Shown piece by piece: positions 30,557 to 39,349 of a DNA stretch of 64,000 nucleotides. A program made the position numbers and the translations under genes. The stretch is from assembly GCA_001792305.1 (NCBI GenBank), contig MGGH01000036.1, positions 18,599-82,598 on the forward strand, given 5' to 3'. The first letter of the stretch is position 1. Each line of letters begins with the position of its first letter. Origin of the DNA: Candidatus Woesebacteria bacterium RIFCSPHIGHO2_01_FULL_39_23. GTDB taxonomy: Bacteria > Patescibacteriota > Microgenomatia > UBA8517. The notes beneath the pieces were generated by a model. That model ran no database searches. It was not told where the DNA came from and was given only the letters and a program-made list of their open reading frames with translations.

Positions 30557-31344
30557 ACGGTAATTACGTTCATACCTATTTTATTTAATGGGAAAATGTT
30601 TCTAGCCCTTTCCACTATATGCCTAAGTTTTCTTATCGGCCAGAATCTATAAAATGTCCAATTAACAGAAATAAAAGGTATTAAACCATGTAGTAAATTA
30701 TAAGTAAATTGATCGAACACAACGAAACCAGATCTAATGAGTTTTTGCTTGAGGTTTAAAATAGTTACAAAGTTTTCATTAGATTGTTTTTTCCAGTTAC
30801 TAAAGGGTGCGAAGGTATTTTTAGGGTAAAATTTGAACTTTTCTAATAGTAACTTTAGTATACCCGCTGTATTAAAGTAGTTTGGGTTTGATAAGATCAG
30901 AATTCCTCCTTTTTTAATAACCCTATACATTTCGTTGAAGGCTTTTTGGATATTCAAGAAGTGTTCTGCGGTTTCGATGCATATAATGTAATCAAAAAAA
31001 TTGTCGTTGAAAGGAAGTTTTCCACCTTCCCCAGTAATGAGTTTGGATTTTGGTGAATTATGCCTCGCGACTTTCAAAGCAACATCAGATATATCAACAC
31101 CATGGGTTTTCGCGCCTCTGTCGCTAAGATATTTAAGTAAGTGACCGTGTCCACAACCTATATCCAAAATCTTTTTATTATTAAATTCATTTATGTATTT
31201 ATCTAAAACTTCTTTTCCAAAATCTGATATTACCCCAAAAGGATTGAATGGAGAGATCACAAAATCTTGGCTTTTGTTATAAAAGTTTTTGATTTTGATG
31301 CTGTATTTCAGTGATTCCGAATTAGTATTTTTTTTGAGAAACAT
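30520..31344 (-). CDS. Class I SAM-dependent methyltransferase
   Basis: Motif I ILDIGCGHGHLLKYL. Motif II ICIETAEH. Confidence 0.75.
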   Translation of the reverse strand: MFLKKNTNSESLKYSIKIKNFYNKSQDFVISPFNPFGVISDFGKEVLDKYINEFNNKKILDIGCGHGHLLKYLSDRGAKTHGVDISDVALKVARHNSPKSKLITGEGGKLPFNDNFFDYIICIETAEHFLNIQKAFNEMYRVIKKGGILILSNPNYFNTAGILKLLLEKFKFYPKNTFAPFSNWKKQSNENFVTILNLKQKLIRSGFVVFDQFTYNLLHGLIPFISVNWTFYRFWPIRKLRHIVERARNIFPLNKIGMNVITVCQKPKKLISQR

Positions 31345-32368
31345 AGTTTTTACTATCAGTATTGATTGAGAAAGCCATAGCTTCTCTCATTGTCAAAGCT
31401 CTTTTAGGTAATTCCCCGGAATTTACAAGTTTTGCATGCAAAGCCCTGTTTTTTGTTTTGTAATAATAAAACCAAACAGTATAGTAGGTGATCACAAACA
31501 TTGTGTAGAAAATGTAAATATAATCTAGCCGTAGGGCAGCGTACCATATTCTTTTAATGTTAGTTTTTATCCATTTTAACAAAGGCCTATCAAAAAACTC
31601 TGGGTAAATATATGAAAGTTTTGCGTTGCCCTTGGCGTGCCACCTTTTTCTTTTTAAGATATTTTTTAGTGACGACGGATAACTATGGTAAACTTTGATA
31701 TCCTCTGCAATAATAATTTTATACCCCCTATTTATTAATTTAGCTGCGAACTCTCTGTCTTCTGAGGCTCCAATCCTTTCATTAAAACCGCCTAGTTTTT
31801 TAAACACACCTTTTCTTACGAGACAAAAACCGCCACTTAATGTTTTGATATATTCACCATCTTTATAGGATTGATAAGACCTTAAATCTTCCAAAAATTC
31901 ACACCTTTGTAATTGTGACTCGAACTCTTTGGGTTTCAAGAAGTTGGGGTAAATAGAAGCCACAGGATTTTTTGATTCAAGTAGATAAATGTATTTCTTA
32001 AGTTTATAAAACGTTTTATGATTGAATTCCATGTCGGAATCCACAAATAAAATAGTTTTGCCTTTTGCACGCCTAGCGCCAATATTGCGGGCGGCGGCAG
32101 GGCTCAAACCATTATTGCTATAAGTTAAGTGTAATTTTTTTCTAAAGCTTAGTGAAATTTTTTGTTTTTTTAAGGATGTATGTTTTAACGGGCTAACAAC
32201 AGCCACTATTTCCCATTTATATTTAACACTTTGTAATGATTCATAGAGATTGTTAATTAAAACAAGTAACTTTGGAAGGTGCCTGGTATGAACAGGAATA
32301 ACAATCGAAAGATCGTTTGACCCTGGACTATTTATTGTTTGTGTTGTCTTATGATTATTCATCGTCAA
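31322..32368 (-). CDS. Glycosyltransferase family 2
   Basis: LSIVIPVHTRH...FVDSDMEF. Overlaps the downstream methyltransferase gene, so likely the first gene of a five-gene minus-strand operon (32368..28597). Confidence 0.75.
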   Translation of the reverse strand: MTMNNHKTTQTINSPGSNDLSIVIPVHTRHLPKLLVLINNLYESLQSVKYKWEIVAVVSPLKHTSLKKQKISLSFRKKLHLTYSNNGLSPAAARNIGARRAKGKTILFVDSDMEFNHKTFYKLKKYIYLLESKNPVASIYPNFLKPKEFESQLQRCEFLEDLRSYQSYKDGEYIKTLSGGFCLVRKGVFKKLGGFNERIGASEDREFAAKLINRGYKIIIAEDIKVYHSYPSSLKNILKRKRWHAKGNAKLSYIYPEFFDRPLLKWIKTNIKRIWYAALRLDYIYIFYTMFVITYYTVWFYYYKTKNRALHAKLVNSGELPKRALTMREAMAFSINTDSKNYVSQKKY

Positions 32369-32419
32369 AAAAACCTCCTGTTTTTAAGGAGGTTTGATAA
32401 AACTTAAATCTTAGTTCGC

Positions 32420-32742
32420 ATCAAACCTCCGCCTTGACCCAGTTGGTAAGGCGGAAGTAAATTCTGTGAATTTGAACTTTCTTTGGCATGCGAATGAAAT
32501 TATACCAAAGATACAGTTGATTTTGTCAAGTAGAGGAAGTAATATACTTCCAAACCGTTTAAGCTTGACTAACATCGAGCAAGGTGAAGGAAGAAAGCCT
32601 TTTGGCAAATAGACCCTTCCGGAGGCGCCCGTAAAAGCGCATTTAATGAAGTTAAATTAAGGGTGGCACCGTCTTGAGCAAAGTCGAGAGACCCCTGTAA
32701 GTTAATGAAAAGTAGTTCGTTAATTTACAGGGTCTTTTTTGG
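32420..32742 (+). promoter_or_regulatory. T-box riboswitch leader (tRNA-sensing antitermination) upstream of the aspartate operon
   Basis: T-box consensus AATTAAGGGTGGCACCGTC at 32654-32672 (consensus AGGGUGGNACCGCG). Antiterminator A1 AGGG pairs with CCCT. The bulge TGGC would pair with a tRNA GCCA end (G73 discriminator). The 3' strand AGACCCCTGTAA doubles as the 5' arm of an intrinsic terminator (AGACCCCTGTAA...TTACAGGGTCT, then TTTTTT at 32735-32740), immediately before the ATG at 32751. Confidence 0.7.
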
Positions 32743-32750
32743 AAATAAAT

Positions 32751-33929
32751 ATGACACACTCAAGGGTATCCAAAAGAATTTTAAATTTAAAACCTTCAGC
32801 CACTCTTGCGGTCGACTCTTTAATTAAAGACCTTCAAGAAAAGGGTGAAAAAATAATCAATTTAGGCCTCGGAGAACCTGATTTTGATACGCCTCAGAGC
32901 ATTAAAAATGCAGCTATAAAAGCGATAAAAGATGGTTTTACTCATTATACAAAAGTAGAAGGAATAAAATCTTTAAGAGAAGCCATTGCTAAAAAATTAT
33001 TGGAAGAAAATAAAGTTAAATATATTCCGGAAGAAATAGTTGTAGGGGTTGGCAGCAAGCAGGTACTGTATAACGCTTTCCAAGTAATTTGTAATCCTGG
33101 CGATGAAGTTGTACTAATCTCTCCACTTTGGAATACTTATATCGAACAAATAAAATTAGCAGGTGCAAAACCAGTAGTTTCAAAACTTTCATTTCCATTC
33201 AAGCTAGTACCCCAAGACATTGAAAAAAAGATAACAAGGAAGACAAAAGCAATACTTTTAAATTATCCAAATAATCCGACTGGAATGACAATAGAAAGAA
33301 ATGTGCTAAAGGAAATAGCTAAACTTGCAGTTAATAGAAAAATATTTGTTATAAGCGATGAAATTTACGAGTCGCTTTTATATAGTAAAGTGCACACTTC
33401 TATAGCTTCATGGGGTAAAGAAATTAGAAATTTAACAATAACTATTGGCGGATTTTCTAAGACATATGCAATGACGGGTTGGAGAATTGGTTTTGGGGCA
33501 GGACCCAGAGATTTGATTTCTCCCATAATTTCTTTGCAAGGTCAAACAACTTTTAACACTTCTTCAATTTCTCAAATGGCGGCGCTAGCTGCAATTAAAT
33601 CTGGTCAGAACGACGTTCAAGCTATGCTTAAAGAGTATGAGAAAAGAAGAAATTTTATTTATAAAAGATTATCTAAAATTGAGGGTTTAGATTTGTATCT
33701 TCCTGATGGAGCCTTTTATTTTTTCATTGGTATTAAAAAATATTTGAATAAAAATATTTCTTCATCTAATCAATGGGCGCAAAAACTATTACAAGAAGAA
33801 AAGGTTGCAGTTATACCTGGAGAATCTTTTCTTTACCCTGACTTTTTCCGGATTAGTTTCACAACTTCACTTGAAAATGTTAAAGAAGGGTTAAAAAGAA
33901 TAGAAAGATTTGTTAAAAAATATGCGTAA
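32751..33929 (+). CDS. PLP-dependent aminotransferase, aspartate aminotransferase family (ORF track starts at TTG 32739)
   Basis: Fold-type I aminotransferase with the PLP-lysine motif GGFSKTYAMTGWRIGF and NPTG. Confidence 0.85.
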   Translation: MTHSRVSKRILNLKPSATLAVDSLIKDLQEKGEKIINLGLGEPDFDTPQSIKNAAIKAIKDGFTHYTKVEGIKSLREAIAKKLLEENKVKYIPEEIVVGVGSKQVLYNAFQVICNPGDEVVLISPLWNTYIEQIKLAGAKPVVSKLSFPFKLVPQDIEKKITRKTKAILLNYPNNPTGMTIERNVLKEIAKLAVNRKIFVISDEIYESLLYSKVHTSIASWGKEIRNLTITIGGFSKTYAMTGWRIGFGAGPRDLISPIISLQGQTTFNTSSISQMAALAAIKSGQNDVQAMLKEYEKRRNFIYKRLSKIEGLDLYLPDGAFYFFIGIKKYLNKNISSSNQWAQKLLQEEKVAVIPGESFLYPDFFRISFTTSLENVKEGLKRIERFVKKYA

Positions 33930-35427
33930 AATACCGACCACGATGGTTTCGCAACATCCAGATCATGCTAATAAACCATATTGGCATGATAATGAATTTA
34001 TTTCTACTAACAACGAGTCAGTAGAGTGTTTCTTATCTTATTCAGACTTGGGAGTTTCTGAGTATAAATGGGACTGGGAAGGCAAATTGGTTGACGAGTC
34101 AGTTCTGGAAAGGCTTTTAAGTGAGCATTTTGATTATTTTAAAAAGAATCAAATTGGACGGGATATATTTTTAACTTTCCGTCTTCCTAACCCAAAAGTT
34201 GAGACAGAATTTAGACTGGGCAGGGCTTTTATGGGAATCCTTTCTGCTGCACAACTTGCTAAACAAGTTGGGTTACACTTTCCTCCTCTTTTTGAAGTAA
34301 TCCTTCCTATGACGGGGAGTGCGGAGGAGATGATAGAAATTCAAGAGGCTTTTGCTGAAATAGCACAGCTTAAACACAAGCTTTACAATTTTAAAAATGG
34401 GTCATTAAAACACATAGAAGTTATTCCACTCTTTGAGCAAGTTGAAAAAGTCATTGATTCTGACAAAATCTTAAACAACTATGTTAGACTTCATGAGAAA
34501 AAATTTGGATTCACACCCTCTTATATAAGACCTTATGTAGCACGTAGCGATCCTGCCCTTAATTCAGGTATTGTTCCAACGATTCTGGCGATAAAGATTG
34601 CTCTTTCTCGTTATCTTGAATTTTCTCGGAAAACTGGCATTGAATTATATCCAATAATAGGAACAGGGTCACTTCCTTTCCGCGGTGGACTGAATCCAAA
34701 GACAGTTAACGACTTCTTAGAGGAATACAAGGGTATAAGAACTGCGCTTCTGCAGAGTGCATTTCGATACGATTATGGTATGGATGAGGTGAAGAGGGCC
34801 ATAGCCAAACTGGAGAATAAGCTTCCTGAAGCAGAAGCTCTCTCTATTACAAAGACAAAAGAAAAAAACTTAAGGAATGTGATTGCCGCTTTTGAGACTT
34901 TTTATAGAAAAACTATTGAGGGTGTTGCCCCTTTGGTGAATGAGGTAGCGACTCTTCTGCCCAAAAGAAGAGAAAGAGTTCAGCATATTGGACTTTTTGG
35001 ATATTCTCGGGGAGTGGGAAAGGTTAGGTTACCGCGAGCAATTGGTTTCACAGGTGCTTTGTATTCTTTGGGAATTCCGCCAGAGCTGATCGGGACAGGG
35101 AGGGGTTTACGAGAGGCAAGGAAAGTTGGGGTTCTTTCTGAAGTAGAAAAATACTATCAAGGGTTAAGAGGAGATATGATTCGTGCGGGTGCATTTTTAA
35201 ATAAAAGTGTTTTAATGAAACTTGCGAAACAAAATTCTTCCTGGGGAGAAATTTTGGAGGACGTAAGGCACGTTGAAAATTTTCTGGGGAAAGATTTATT
35301 ACCTCGTAATATAGATGAAATGGCACATGGCAAGTTGAGTGAAACCATTTTTGAGAAAGTTAAAAGCGGTGAGTCTAGTATCAGCGAGATTGCTGAGGCT
35401 GCAGCTTTGCGAAAAAGTTTAGGCTAA
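33922..35427 (+). CDS. ppcA: Archaeal-type phosphoenolpyruvate carboxylase (PepcA family)
   Basis: N-terminus MRKIPTTMVSQHPD, then RLPNP, IPLFE, GSLPFRGG, SAFRYDYG and LPRAIGF, collinear with about 500-aa archaeal PEPCs. Confidence 0.75.
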   Translation: MRKIPTTMVSQHPDHANKPYWHDNEFISTNNESVECFLSYSDLGVSEYKWDWEGKLVDESVLERLLSEHFDYFKKNQIGRDIFLTFRLPNPKVETEFRLGRAFMGILSAAQLAKQVGLHFPPLFEVILPMTGSAEEMIEIQEAFAEIAQLKHKLYNFKNGSLKHIEVIPLFEQVEKVIDSDKILNNYVRLHEKKFGFTPSYIRPYVARSDPALNSGIVPTILAIKIALSRYLEFSRKTGIELYPIIGTGSLPFRGGLNPKTVNDFLEEYKGIRTALLQSAFRYDYGMDEVKRAIAKLENKLPEAEALSITKTKEKNLRNVIAAFETFYRKTIEGVAPLVNEVATLLPKRRERVQHIGLFGYSRGVGKVRLPRAIGFTGALYSLGIPPELIGTGRGLREARKVGVLSEVEKYYQGLRGDMIRAGAFLNKSVLMKLAKQNSSWGEILEDVRHVENFLGKDLLPRNIDEMAHGKLSETIFEKVKSGESSISEIAEAAALRKSLG

Positions 35428-35463
35428 CTTGTATATTTAGGTTTAAGAAAATACAATACGAGT

Positions 35464-37269
35464 ATGGAAAGAACATTAATGACAGAAACTATAGAAAAGA
35501 TCAGCGAGAAGGTCTTGCTTAAAGGTTGGGTAGATACAGTTCGTGACCATGGAAAAATAACCTTTATCGATTTAAGAGACAGAAGTGGAATTGTTCAATG
35601 CGTCGGTCAAAATGTGCCGAAGGTAAGTGTAGAAAGCGTGGTTGAAGTTAAAGGTACTGTTGCCAAACGACCAGAAAAATTAGTTAATAAAAATCTTGAA
35701 ACAGGTGAAGTGGAAGTACAAATTGAAAAACTGGAGGTTATTTCTAAATCTTCCGAATTGCCTATAGACTTGGGTAAAAGTGAACTCGATTTAGAACTAC
35801 CGACTCTTTTAGATTATCGTTCACTGACACTCCGTCATCCAAAAATAAAGGCAATATTTAAGGTTCAAGAGGTTATTATTGATAGTTTCAGACGAGCTTT
35901 AAAGGCAAAAGAATTTGTCGAATTTCAAGCTCCGTCTATTATTTCATCGGCTCCTGAAGGAGGTGCAGAAATTTTCGAAGTTAAGTATTTTGGACACAAA
36001 GCTTATTTGGCGCAAAGTCCGCAGCTTTACAAATCTCTTTTGGTCAGCGTATTTGAGCGAGTTTTTAGTGTTAATAAGGTATTTCGGGCTGAGCCGAGTG
36101 TAACAACGCGGCATTTAACTGAAGTAGTAAGTTTAGACGCAGAATTTGGGTTTATTGACTCGTGGATTGAAATTAAAGATATGGCAGAGTATGTAGTTAA
36201 GTTTATTTTGAAAGAAGTTGAGAAAAATTGCTCTCATGAGCTTGAGATTTTCGGTGCTACGGTGCCTGCCGTATCGGATAAAATTCCATATCTTAAGTTA
36301 AGAGAAGCACAGCAAATTATTTATGAAAGAACGGGTCGTGACGTTCGTCAAGAAAAAGACCCTTCACCAGAAGACGAGCGGGAAATTTGTCGCTGGTCAA
36401 AAGAAGTGCACGGATCCGATCTTGTTTTTATTACTCATTATCCGACCAAATATAGGCCATTTTATACCTATCCCGACCCTGAAGATCCAGAGTATAACCA
36501 GGGGTTTGATCTAATAGGTAGGGGGACTGAATGGATGACAGGAGGAAGAAGGATCCATGATTACAAAACTCTGGTCGAACACGCAAGAAAATGGGGAATA
36601 AACCCCAAAAATATAGGACTTTATCTTCAAGCTTATGAATACGGGATGCCACCGCTTGGGGGATTTGCATTTGGCGCAGAGCGAATTACTATGCATGTTT
36701 TAGGTCTTAAAAATATCCGAGAAGCTTCGCTTTTTCCTCGTGACATGGAACGTGTCGATTCCCTATTTTCGACAATGAAGAACACAAACGTTGATAAGCA
36801 GAAAACTGGTAAATCGGTTTACGAGGCAATACTTGATTTATTAAAAGCAAAGAAAATTGAATATAAGCACTACGAACATAAGCCAGTTTTTACAAGCGAG
36901 GAATCAGCTAAAGTTAGAGGTACAAATATTCACCAGGGGGCAAAAGCATTAGTTTTACAAGCTGGTAAAGAATTTATTTTGTATGTTTTACCAGCAGATT
37001 TTAAAGCCGAATTGGAGGCAATTAGAGAAAAACTTGGAATTGAAAGGCTTGTAATGGCATCAAAAGAAAGTGTTAAAGCAAAGATAGGTCTGGAGATAGG
37101 TTCCGTTCCTCCTTTAGGTTCGGTTATAAATTTGAAGACTCATGTCGACTCTCGACTTTCGGAAAACGAAGAAATTGCTTTTAATGCCGGAAGGCACGAC
37201 AGATCCATCAAGATGAAATACTCTGACTTTATTAAATTAGAGGAGCCAGAGGTAGTGCATCTGACTTAA
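35464..37269 (+). CDS. aspS: Aspartyl-tRNA synthetase (archaeal/eukaryal type) fused to a C-terminal YbaK/ProX-like aminoacyl-tRNA deacylase domain
   Basis: Residues 1-~435: OB fold plus class II core (FRAE, GGFAFGAERITM). Residues ~440-601 align with E. coli YbaK (LLKAKKIEYKHYEHKP; KALVLQAGKEFILYVLPADFKAELEAIREKLG...GSVPPLG; IAFNAGRHDRSIKM). Confidence 0.9.
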   Translation: MERTLMTETIEKISEKVLLKGWVDTVRDHGKITFIDLRDRSGIVQCVGQNVPKVSVESVVEVKGTVAKRPEKLVNKNLETGEVEVQIEKLEVISKSSELPIDLGKSELDLELPTLLDYRSLTLRHPKIKAIFKVQEVIIDSFRRALKAKEFVEFQAPSIISSAPEGGAEIFEVKYFGHKAYLAQSPQLYKSLLVSVFERVFSVNKVFRAEPSVTTRHLTEVVSLDAEFGFIDSWIEIKDMAEYVVKFILKEVEKNCSHELEIFGATVPAVSDKIPYLKLREAQQIIYERTGRDVRQEKDPSPEDEREICRWSKEVHGSDLVFITHYPTKYRPFYTYPDPEDPEYNQGFDLIGRGTEWMTGGRRIHDYKTLVEHARKWGINPKNIGLYLQAYEYGMPPLGGFAFGAERITMHVLGLKNIREASLFPRDMERVDSLFSTMKNTNVDKQKTGKSVYEAILDLLKAKKIEYKHYEHKPVFTSEESAKVRGTNIHQGAKALVLQAGKEFILYVLPADFKAELEAIREKLGIERLVMASKESVKAKIGLEIGSVPPLGSVINLKTHVDSRLSENEEIAFNAGRHDRSIKMKYSDFIKLEEPEVVHLT

Positions 37270-37367
37270 ATAATGTATATCATTTAAGTCACGGATATTA
37301 AGATTTTTAGAACCGGAGTTTCTACTTGTTATTTTAAATCTCCGAATTTAAACTTTGAGATACGATT

Positions 37368-38273
37368 ATGAAACTTATGATCCTATCTGCTTGTGTATTT
37401 TTAATTGTCAGTTTGTTTAGTTTGACATTGTCATTTGAGAAAGCCAAAAGACAGACCTTCCACGAGCCGCAAAAAGTATTGGCTTATAATACTTCATCTA
37501 AAATTATTCCTCTTTTGAAAAATGACGCAGTTCCTCCTGTTGTATCAGCCCAAGGAGCACTTGCTGTTGACCTTGATACAGGAGTTTCTTTATACCAAAA
37601 AGACGCAGACAAAAAACTATTTCCAGCTTCAACTACAAAAATAATGACGGCATTAATTGCTTTGGAAAATTATTCTTTAGATGAAGCCTTGGAAGTAAAA
37701 AGATCCGGTGTAGAAGGTCAAAAAATGAGACTTATTTTAGGCGAGCGAATGAAAGTGGAAAATTTACTTAATGGTTTGCTTATTTTTAGTGCTAATGACG
37801 CAGCAGAGGTGTTTGCAGACAATTTCCCTGAAGGAAGAGAAAGTTATGTCGATCAAATGAATAAATTAGCTAGGAAACTAAACCTGGCTGATACCAGGTT
37901 TGAAAACCCGACGGGACTTGACGGGAATAGTCAGGTTACAAGTGCAAGAGATATGATAAGACTTACCTCGTATGCTATGAAAAACCCGATTTTCAGGAGA
38001 ATTGTATCTACCAAAGAGTTAACTGTATATAACATTGAGGGTACAATACCCCATAAACTTAAAAATCTTAACGAACTTTTAGGAGAAGTTGAGGGTGTGG
38101 TGGGTGTAAAAACCGGATGGACTGAAAATGCCCGCGAGAACCTTGTAACTTATGTTGAAAGGGACGATAGGCGAATTGCCATGGTACTTTTGGGTAGTCA
38201 AGACAGGTTTGGTGAAACAAAAGAACTGATTGAATGGATATTCAGTGAATATGATTGGGTTTACTCCCCGTAA
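37368..38273 (+). CDS. D-alanyl-D-alanine carboxypeptidase (S11 peptidase, PBP5/6-like)
   Basis: Signal peptide. SxxK motif ASTTKIMTALIALE. SAN-like motif FSANDAA. Confidence 0.85.
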   Translation: MKLMILSACVFLIVSLFSLTLSFEKAKRQTFHEPQKVLAYNTSSKIIPLLKNDAVPPVVSAQGALAVDLDTGVSLYQKDADKKLFPASTTKIMTALIALENYSLDEALEVKRSGVEGQKMRLILGERMKVENLLNGLLIFSANDAAEVFADNFPEGRESYVDQMNKLARKLNLADTRFENPTGLDGNSQVTSARDMIRLTSYAMKNPIFRRIVSTKELTVYNIEGTIPHKLKNLNELLGEVEGVVGVKTGWTENARENLVTYVERDDRRIAMVLLGSQDRFGETKELIEWIFSEYDWVYSP

Positions 38274-39307
38274 TATTCACTCGTTATTGCCGGTACATAT
38301 GCCATGAAGTTTTTATCACCCTCAAAAACGACTATTGGCTGGTAGAAGTCTGTCGGGAAACCGGCGTCGTAATATGCCATATAGACCTTTCGTATCGATA
38401 CCGTACCTTCAAAATTTTGGCCAATTGAAGCGATATATCCTTGAGAGTTTTTTAGTTCCTCGAACGACTGTGTGGAAGACTTTAGTGGATATGTAGTAAA
38501 TTTTTCTTTGTCTACAGGAAAATACAAGTTTTCGCCAGCAAGCACCTGATCGCGACCGCCAGAACCTGACAGAATCAGCCAGACATTAGCTTGGTTTGGG
38601 AAAGGGGTAAGGCTGGGTAGTTTATCATATGGTTCTCTAAAAAGATTAACTTTAATGAGGTTTGCTTCGGATAAAGACACAACAGAAACAAGATCTTTTT
38701 TCTCAACTCGCAGTAATTCGTGTGTGGAATCACCTCTTCCTATATCATCGGAAAGCACATTTGCAGCCGCAAGTATTGCTTTTGCGCGAGGAATGGCAAC
38801 TTCAGGCGCAGGAGGTCTGTTTTCAAGCGGATTTAAAAATCCTTCCAGATCATAACTAATTGAAAATATTTTTGTAGCGATATTTATCTCGAGTTGGGAG
38901 GGAAGTGAAGGGTGAGAAAATCTGTATACAGTTTGCGATACACGGAACGGGTCAGTGTTAAACCCCAAAAGGTTAGCTGTAATTCGTGATCTTTCCAATG
39001 AGTAAAGCGTTATAGTACTTTTGGGCATAAAAAATACTTTACCTTGGTCAGGGAACTTTGGCAGCTCTCCATCTATGGTTTCAAGTTTGTATTCAAACTT
39101 TGGTAGTCCTTCAACATTCGGGAAAGGAAGTGCCGGAAGTTTACCAAAAGCAACGGCTGGTTTTGGAGTTGGTTCCGGAACTAAAGATCTATAAATTCTT
39201 CCAGCTATTCCTAAAAATGTTCTTCCAAATATGATAAGAAGGATTAAGATTACAGAAAGTTTGATCGTTGTTCGTGTAGCTATAGCAATACGGGTTAACT
39301 TTGTCAT
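38261..39307 (-). CDS. Hypothetical membrane-anchored protein (start chosen at ATG 39307 with RBS AAGGAAAG, not the track start at 39400)
   Basis: N-terminal TM segment LSVILILLIIFG. Long extracytoplasmic region with no recognised domain. Confidence 0.4.
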   Translation of the reverse strand: MTKLTRIAIATRTTIKLSVILILLIIFGRTFLGIAGRIYRSLVPEPTPKPAVAFGKLPALPFPNVEGLPKFEYKLETIDGELPKFPDQGKVFFMPKSTITLYSLERSRITANLLGFNTDPFRVSQTVYRFSHPSLPSQLEINIATKIFSISYDLEGFLNPLENRPPAPEVAIPRAKAILAAANVLSDDIGRGDSTHELLRVEKKDLVSVVSLSEANLIKVNLFREPYDKLPSLTPFPNQANVWLILSGSGGRDQVLAGENLYFPVDKEKFTTYPLKSSTQSFEELKNSQGYIASIGQNFEGTVSIRKVYMAYYDAGFPTDFYQPIVVFEGDKNFMAYVPAITSEYYGE

Positions 39308-39349
39308 GCTTTGAGTATAGCTTTCCTTGGTGTTAGAATTCAATTGTAA

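Noticed and set aside
32411-32608. 65-aa minus-strand ORF
   Set aside because: Falls within the T-box leader region upstream of the aminotransferase gene.
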